From: Octopus vulgaris
Taxonomy: Eukaryota
Direction of reading: 5' to 3'
NCBI GenBank assembly: GCA_951406725.2
Contig: OX597825.1
Coordinates: forward strand, 54,188,001 to 54,252,000
DNA length: 64,000 nt
Shown here in pieces: positions 56,853 to 64,000 of the stretch. The notes under the pieces were generated by a model, which was not told the origin of the DNA, did not search any database, and worked only from the letters and a program-made list of their open reading frames with translations. The translations under genes and the position numbers were made by a program. How positions within the stretch are numbered: position 1 is the stretch's first letter; the number at the start of each line of letters is the position of its first letter.

Positions 56853-58806
56853 CATATACATTTAATCTGCATGTTTGTTACAATCGCTTGCCAAGACACA
56901 TCCAGCGTCCTTGGTTGAGTGAAGGATAATAGTTGTTACACTATAACTGAAAGATTGGGGAGGAGAAGTGGCAGTGACAACCGCAAAATATCTTCTTAAA
57001 TTGTTAAGGTTTTTCTAAGGATATGGGCAGTACTTGTCAGCACAATCTTTTAGATTTCCCTGATACATGGTTCTCCTAGGATGTTTTTGACATCTCTTTC
57101 TTATCGTACCTTAGGCACCCACAACAACAGGAAAAGTTCTCGTTTTGAGACGTTACATCTTTTGTATTTCAATTTCTAGGTTTTTATATTTACTTAATTT
57201 GTCAAATTCCTTTAGAGTTATATTTTTATCATTGGGGATACTTACATTTATTAATCTGCAAGTATTTTCTTGCCTGTCTTTAATGACTAATTCTGGTCGA
57301 TTAGCCTGGATCGTTATGCAGTTGTTGATTGGAAAATCCCACTGGGTAGTGACATTTTTACCTCCAAAGTCTGGCTCATGATGATGTTAATACAAACAAG
57401 TTTAAGTACTGAATTTGTAGTGTTTACATATTTTCCAATGTAACTAATGTCCAACCCTATCGTGGTGATTTTTGTATTCGTTTGGTGTCGGCACAGGACA
57501 TCCCGAGATACGACGGTCTATTGTTTCATCAAATGTATCGCAGAATCTGCATTTAAGGTCAGAACGGTTTAGAAGAACGTTAGCCTGGTAGATTTTGGTA
57601 AGCAAGCTTAGGTTTTGTGCCGCCAAAATGAAACCTTCAGTCTCTGCTTTCAGTCCTGAGCTTCTCAGGACTGGGTTGTTGCTTGGTCTACATCAGCATT
57701 TCGGCTTCGAAGTACATACTATACATGCAAAGGCTTCTGACTCCACCTCTTTTCAATTTGTTTCGGCTCGTTTTTTTTTGCAGTCTATTTGATCTATTTT
57801 TATTGTTTGGTGGCAATGGTTTCATGGTTCTTCATCTAATTCAATATTAATACCCAGTTCACATGCGAATTTGCAAGCTTCCTTGACAACAGAATGTGAA
57901 TTTTAGCTGCATTAGTTTTTGTACACAAGCCGCAGCATCCAGTCCTCTGTACTAGATAAATGCTTGATCATTACTGTTGTGAAGGTCTAAGAGCACTGTT
58001 CTACCTGTATCATTTCTCTTTCCCCAATTACTTCTAGCAAGGAACAGATGATCAATGTCTGCTTTTCAGTGGTGTATTGTTCTTAGATTTTAGTGGCTTT
58101 CTTGTCTTCCTGTCCAGGCGTTGGAGCTCTGTAAGATTATATTTGATGATGTTAAAACTGTATTGGACTACTGGAAGTGCCAAAGTGTTAATGGCTTCGA
58201 TGCGATCTTTCGCGCTGAATTCAGTTTTTAGTATGAATCTTACTCTCCTGTAATACTCCCTTATTTTTTGTTACTAAATAGTAGCATGTTGTATACCACC
58301 TCCTTCGTTCATCCCCAGATATTTATTGCTTTCTTGCAGGTCAAGCTTCTTGGTGATAGTATCAGTATCTAATTTAATGGAAGCTGTTTGCTTGAGTTTG
58401 CCTCTTACAAAATGTGCTTTGCGCAATTATCATGGCCAAAATCCATCCGGATGTCATTGCTGAACTCTTTAACAGTTGTTAACAGGCCTCCGTGCTCTTC
58501 ATCATTTCTGTCTAGCAAACAGCTTCAGATCGTTCATATAAAACAGACGGTGTACTTAAATCTATAGTTGGTGTTACTCAGTTCGTTTGAGAGTCACCTT
58601 GAAAGATGCTTCGTTTGATGTTGATGTTAGATTGGCCAAGCCTATTACTATTGTTTAGAAGGCGATGTGTATTCCACTTGGCCATGCAACCTTGTAAGAA
58701 TCTAGAGGCGACAGTAGAGACTTGATATATCTCAAAACCCTTGAGTAACCAATTATGTGGGACACAATCAAACGCTTTCCTGTAGTTTGTCCATGCCATA
58801 CTCAGG
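56853..58806 (-). mobile_element. 5'-truncated R4/Dong-clade LINE: RT, CCHC knuckle, REL endonuclease and 3'UTR; pseudogenised
   Basis: LSMAWTNYRKAFDCVPHNWLLK..IFQGDS..; CRFCDTFDETIDRRISGC..HDRVG; IQANRPELVIKD..INVSIPND..KEFDKLSKYKNLEIEI..PVVVGA; both flanks are (TAA)n in element orientation; same family as 4903-5605. Confidence 0.9.
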
Positions 58807-58823
58807 TTCTTCTTCTTCTTCTT

Positions 58824-58930
<107 letters not shown>

Positions 58931-58931
58931 T

Positions 58932-58993
58932 AAGGTGGTGAGCTGGTAGAATCGTTAGCACGCCGGGCGAAATGCTTAGCGGCATGTCGTCTG
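58932..58993 (+). mobile_element. SINE family B tRNA-like head only
   Basis: aaggtggtgagctggtagaatcgttagcacgccgggcgaaatgcttagcggc. Confidence 0.8.
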
Positions 58994-59737
58994 ACTTGGA
59001 AGTTATTGATGTTCAGCCTTTGCCTGTTATTCAGCTCCAATAACGATAGCTCGGATACAAGAACGAATACATATTCGATAATCTTTTACCCATTCCGCTA
59101 CCGTTTTCCCATAATTCTATATTAAAATAATTATCAGATTTCTAAATTTGCTGAAAACTGGTTCTTTAAATTCACTCGTAGCGCATTCTTATTAAACAAG
59201 TCTGCATATATTACAACCCTCAAAGCTTTGCACCAAAACAGTTTTTTTTTTTTTCAATTTTAATTTACGCCAAAACTGAGAAAAAATGTTGCAAGTGAGA
59301 GGTGTTAACTGTCTCAATTTGCTCATCAATATATATGTGACGTCACGACATGGTGCTTTGTCCAAGTGATAAACACCGATAACAACTTGGCAAATCATGA
59401 ACACAAATCTGATAACACAGTTAATTATTTATTCAAATATAATCAGTGAAATTGGAGGGAAAATGGCGGCCTGACTCGGCAAGTGTCATGTGAATGGAAA
59501 GTAAATTGTAAAACGCGTTGGTGTAGCATTAGTGTTGTGTGTTAGCGCAGTCTTAACGCGGTGTGTTAATGTCATTTATTAGTGTAGTGTGTCTGTCTAG
59601 TGCTGGTGCAGTGTGTGTTGGGGTAGTGTGTTTGACGTAGTGCACCGTGTGGCACCTGAGGTGAAGTGTTTTTTATAGTGTGGAGGTTCTTGGCGTGGTG
59701 TACTGGTATAGAATACCGGTATCATGTATGCCGGATA

Positions 59738-59916
59738 ATATGCTTAGCGGTATTTCGTCCGTCTTTACATCCTGAGTTTAAATTCCTCTGAGGTAGACTT
59801 TGTCATTTATCCTCTCGGGTTCGATAAAATAAGTACCAGTTAAGCACTTGGGTTGATTTAATAGATTTGCTCCCTCCCACAAACTTGCTGTCCTTGTGCA
59901 AAAATTTGAAACCAAT
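59738..59916 (+). mobile_element. SINE family B, 5'-truncated
   Basis: tgcttagcggtatttcgtccgtctttac..cgataaaataagtaccagt..ccttgtgcaaaaatttgaaacc. Confidence 0.8.
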
Positions 59917-60602
59917 ATGTATTTAAATGGCGTATTTGGCGTGGGGTGATATTATGGGGTGATGTGGTTCCTGCAGTTTTGAATTTGGTGATGTGATGTA
60001 CTGCTGATCATGAGTGATTCTTTTTAATTTGGGTTAGTGTAGTGAAATAAAGGCCGAAGTATATTGGTGTGTTGCGTTGGTGTCACGTGTTGATTTATTG
60101 ATGTACTTTGTTGGCGTATACTTATCATATTATATTGTAACGTGACAGTGTCATAACTCTGTAGATGTAAGGTAACAGCCAAAATAAGGTATACAATTAT
60201 TTCTCAAGAACGTACATGCACACAAAAACACACTCATATGTATGCGTGTATGTATGTGTGCGAGCTTGTGTGTGTATGCATGTTTGCATGTGAAATTTGA
60301 GTGAATAGTTATTATGCAAAGCTAGCATCTCGCCAACACATGTAAGAACTTGGTACTTGGTTAGCATTACTTTAGTGCTTTGGGTATGGTGTGTCGTTTG
60401 GTGTGTGTGTGGTGTAGTGTGTTAATACAGTGTGTTGATGTGATGAGATGGTATAATACGAATAGAATGTGGTAGATTAGTGTGTATTATTATATTTATT
60501 ACATGTCTATATATCTGGTATAGAATATAAAAGGCTAGTCTACTGAAACAATCCGAACGTGAAACTGAATCCCGCCTTCCCTTATTTTAATCACATATAT
60601 GT

Positions 60603-60639
<37 letters not shown>

Positions 60640-60995
60640 TATATATACGTAGATGCACGACGATATATATATATATATAATTATATTAAACTGTTTGTCA
60701 GAAAGTCACTACCAAACGTTCAGGGAATATTACTTCCACCTAGCATCATGTCATGTCGTACATATATCTGATATTCCTTACCTAATATTTTTGACCCCTA
60801 ATCACCGCTACACAAGCACTCATACACGTTTAGGAAACCCCTTCAATAATAGCATTTTTGTTGCTGTTGCTGTCGTCGTCGTTTTTAATGTGTAGACTAC
60901 TGTCAGCCATAATCCCTGCAGATTTATCACGCGAATGAGTCGGTTATACGGTAACGTATGGTTATGATGTCCATTGCTCCTTATATACCACTACC

Positions 60996-61225
60996 TATTT
61001 CTTTATTACCCACAAGGGGCTAAACACAGAGGGGACAAACAAAGACACACATAGGTATTAAGTCGATTACATCGACCCCAGGGCGTAACTGGTACTTAAT
61101 TTATCGACCCCGAAAGGATGAAAGGCAAAGTCAACCTCGGCGGAATTTGAACTCACAATGTAACGCAGACGAAATACCGCTAAGCATTTCGCCCGGCGTG
61201 CTAACGTTTCTGCCAGCTCGCCGCC
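60996..61225 (-). mobile_element. full-length young SINE family B (tail type 2) with 15-bp TSD
   Basis: TSD ttatataccactacc at 60981-60995 and 61226-61240. Confidence 0.92.
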
Positions 61226-61356
61226 TTATATACCACTACCGTGTCATGTCTCTCAACTAGCCTGAGACCAGTTTAAATGTAACGACCTTCACTATATTCG
61301 TATTAAATGTAGCGACCTTTAACCGTACGGAGTTTAGTGTGATAATGCTACCACGC

Positions 61357-61740
61357 AGGAGTGGCTCTGTGGTAAGACGTTTGCCTTCCAGCCACATGGT
61401 TTTGGGTTCAGCCCCACTGTATGGCACCTTGGTCAAGTGCTTTCTATTATATCCTCGAGCCGATCAAAGTCTTGTGAGTGAAAACTGTAGGAAGCCCGCC
61501 GTATGTATGTGTTTATGAGTGTGTCTGTGAGTGAGTGGCTTTGTCCCTCACAGCCGCTTGTCAACCAATGTTGGTGTGTTTACGTCCTCGGAAGCTAGTG
61601 GTTCGGCCAAACAGACCGATGTAATAAGTACTAGGCTTCAAAAAGAAAAAAAGTACTGGGGTCGATTCATTCGACAAAACATTCTTCAAGATGGTGCTCC
61701 AGCATGGTCGCAGTCTCATGACTGAAATAAGAAAAAGATT
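61357..61740 (+). mobile_element. SINE family A, full length
   Basis: aggagtggctctgtggtaag..ggcaccttggtcaagtg..ccagcatggtcgcagtctcatgactgaaataagaaaaaga. Confidence 0.85.
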
Positions 61741-62501
61741 AAGGACATTCTCATTGTACTGACCACTCTATGTCTATATGATTGTGGATTCTGGTCATGG
61801 CTACAGCAAAAAGTAGACGAGAGACATGACCTTTAGCCTGGTTGAATCTCCCTTCTCTGAATGTGATAGTTGATGTCACTCAAAACGTATCATCTTAGTA
61901 TAATGTTCTATACTAATGAAATTTTGTTGATTAATACCAAGGACAAAGACATTCCAGGCATGACCATCTCGTTTTTAGGGATATCTGTGATTATATTTTT
62001 CAGTGTTTCTTACAATATTTACAACTTCGAAGGTTGATTTGCTTAAGATTTGGCTGCTATTTCTAACACTTTTAACGACCACCTAGAAGCTCCTCTTATG
62101 TCGGTTGCTGTCATTTTAGGACCAATGAGTGTGAAATATTTTTAAGCCTAGCTTTAAGTGATGGTGTGGTTTGACGGAGTCCGGGGTTGACGTATTGATC
62201 TGTTATAATTGGTATGGCTTTTACTGATGAGGTACGATTAACGTATTAGGTGTGACAATCTACGGTATGTCGTAGTGTTTATTTGGCATCGTTATTCTGT
62301 TTTAGGGGTCATTATACTGGGATACAGAGATTTGCACAGACTGACACCAGTTGTCATGTGGTGAGAAACACAAATACACACTTATACATATACATTCATA
62401 CTCACGCGTATACACATACATTTGTATATATACATACGGACTTACGCGTGTGTACGTGTGTGTATGGAGAGAGAGAGAGAGCGAGAGAGAGAGAGAGACA
62501 C

Positions 62502-62532
<31 letters not shown>

Positions 62533-62567
62533 GGCAGACAGACAGGCAGACAGACAGATGGACAGAC

Positions 62568-63020
62568 GTAGCCATGATTGTGTGGTAATAAGTTTGCTTC
62601 TTACCCACAAGATTCCGTATTCAGTCCTGCTGCATGGCATCTTTGGTAACTGTCTACTATACTCAGAGGCTGACCAAAGCTTTCTGAGTAGATTTGGTAA
62701 ACAGAAACTGTAAGAAGCGTGTCGTATATATATATTTATGTGTGCGTGTGTGTGTTCGTGTATTCCTGGGCGTGCGTCTGTATGCGTGCGTTTCTATGCA
62801 TCTATTAGTGTTTTGGTATCTGTTTTCGTCCCCCATCGCTGCTTCACAACCGGTGTTGGTTTGTTTGCATCCCAGAACTTAGCGTTTTGGTGGAAGTCAT
62901 CGATAGAATAAGACCAAGCTTTAAAAAAATATATATGTATTGGGGTCGATTTCTTCAATTAAAACCGTTGAAGGTTGTGCCCCAGCATGGCCGCAATGCA
63001 ATGACGAAACAAGTAAAATA
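62568..63020 (+). mobile_element. SINE family A, diverged
   Basis: gtgtggtaataagtttgcttc..gtagatttggtaaacagaaactg..ccccagcatggccgcaatgcaatgacgaaacaagtaaa. Confidence 0.8.
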
Positions 63021-63324
63021 TAAAAATTGTAAAACACTGTTTTCGATTATGAAATTCATTCACACGATCAAAATGCTTCATTGTCACTGAACTGTCCCCA
63101 CTGTGGGGCTTATGATAAACAGTGGCAACACTGTTTCATTGCCGTGTGCTGTCCGCTGTATTTGTATATGTGTGTGCATGCGGTCGAGGATAGTTATTAT
63201 GTGTATGCGTTGGAAACATGTAAAACTGTCAAGTCGAGAGAACACGTGGTATGAGCATGTGACGAGAACATGTGATAAAACATGATCCTTAAATCTTTCC
63301 CTCACTACTTTTCTGTAGCGTCCC

Positions 63325-64000
63325 TAATCTTCCTTTTCTTATTTTTCTTCTCCTTCTTCTCTTTCGTCCTCCTCCTCGCCCTCCTCCTTCTGTACCACTA
63401 ACTTTTCTCTTTTCTTCTTTGTCATTTTCTTTTTCCTCATCACCATCTGCCTCTTTTACTTCGTTTACTTCTTTTCTTCTTCTCCTTTTTCCTCTTCTGC
63501 TTTGTATTTTCCTTCTCCATCGTTTTCTTCATCATTTGCGTCTTTTACTTAGCTTCTTCTTCTTCTTTGTCTATTTCTTTTTCTTCTTCATTGTTTTTCT
63601 TTTTCTTCATCATCTTATTCTTTTACTCCTTCATCATCTTATTCTTTTACTTCTTCTTCTTCAGCATCTTCTTCATCTTCTTCTTCTTCTTCGTCTTCTT
63701 CTTCTTCTTCTTTTTTTTTTTCTTCTTCTTCTTCTTCGTCTTCGTCTTCTTCTTCATCATCATCATCGTTTTCTTCTTTTTCTTTGTCTCCTTTTTTTTC
63801 TTGATCGTTTTCTTTTTCTTCATCAGCATCTTATTCTTTTATTCCTTCATCATCTGCTTATTTTATGTCTTCTTCTTCTTCTTCTTCTTCTTCTTCTTCT
63901 TCTTCTTCTTCTTCTTCTTCTTCTTCTTCTTCTTCTTCTTCTTCTTCTTCTTTTTCTTCTTCTTTTTCTTCTTCTTTTTCTTCTTCTTTTTCTTCTTCTT
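63325..64000. repeat. long degenerate (CTT)n polypyrimidine/polypurine tract, runs off window end
   Basis: direct reading; recurring sub-unit ttcatcatcttattcttttact. Confidence 0.95.

Noticed and set aside
62223-62250. CTGATGA followed by a small hairpin
   Set aside because: No GAAA box after the stem

Overview
Eukaryotic, AT-rich, extremely microsatellite-dense DNA with no recognisable intact protein-coding gene. The SINE families and the (TA)n/(CA)n/(TAGA)n/(TACA)n/(TAA)n load resemble an octopus/coleoid cephalopod genome (inference from repeat content). Almost every ORF in the supplied track is a translated microsatellite. Supported content: about 30 copies or fragments of three tRNA-derived SINE families (two with exact 14-15 bp TSDs); decayed LINE pieces (R4/Dong-type RT, zinc knuckle and REL endonuclease; an RTE 3' end; a CR1-like APE endonuclease); an internally deleted maT-like Tc1/mariner with TIRs; a non-autonomous Helitron; and a possible 5' exon with a consensus splice donor at 33779/33780. 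The most interesting signal is a dispersed set of minimal type I hammerhead ribozyme motifs of the Penelope-like-element type. Complete cores lie at 15735-15778(+), 15636-15679(-) and 22012-22089(-); variant or partial cores lie at ~1.6, 51.9, 53.3 and 54.3 kb. Three sit in fold-back inverted repeats whose centres fall in or just upstream of the ribozyme, bounded by (TA)n/(TAA)n tracts. Coordinates of degenerate repeats are approximate, read by eye.
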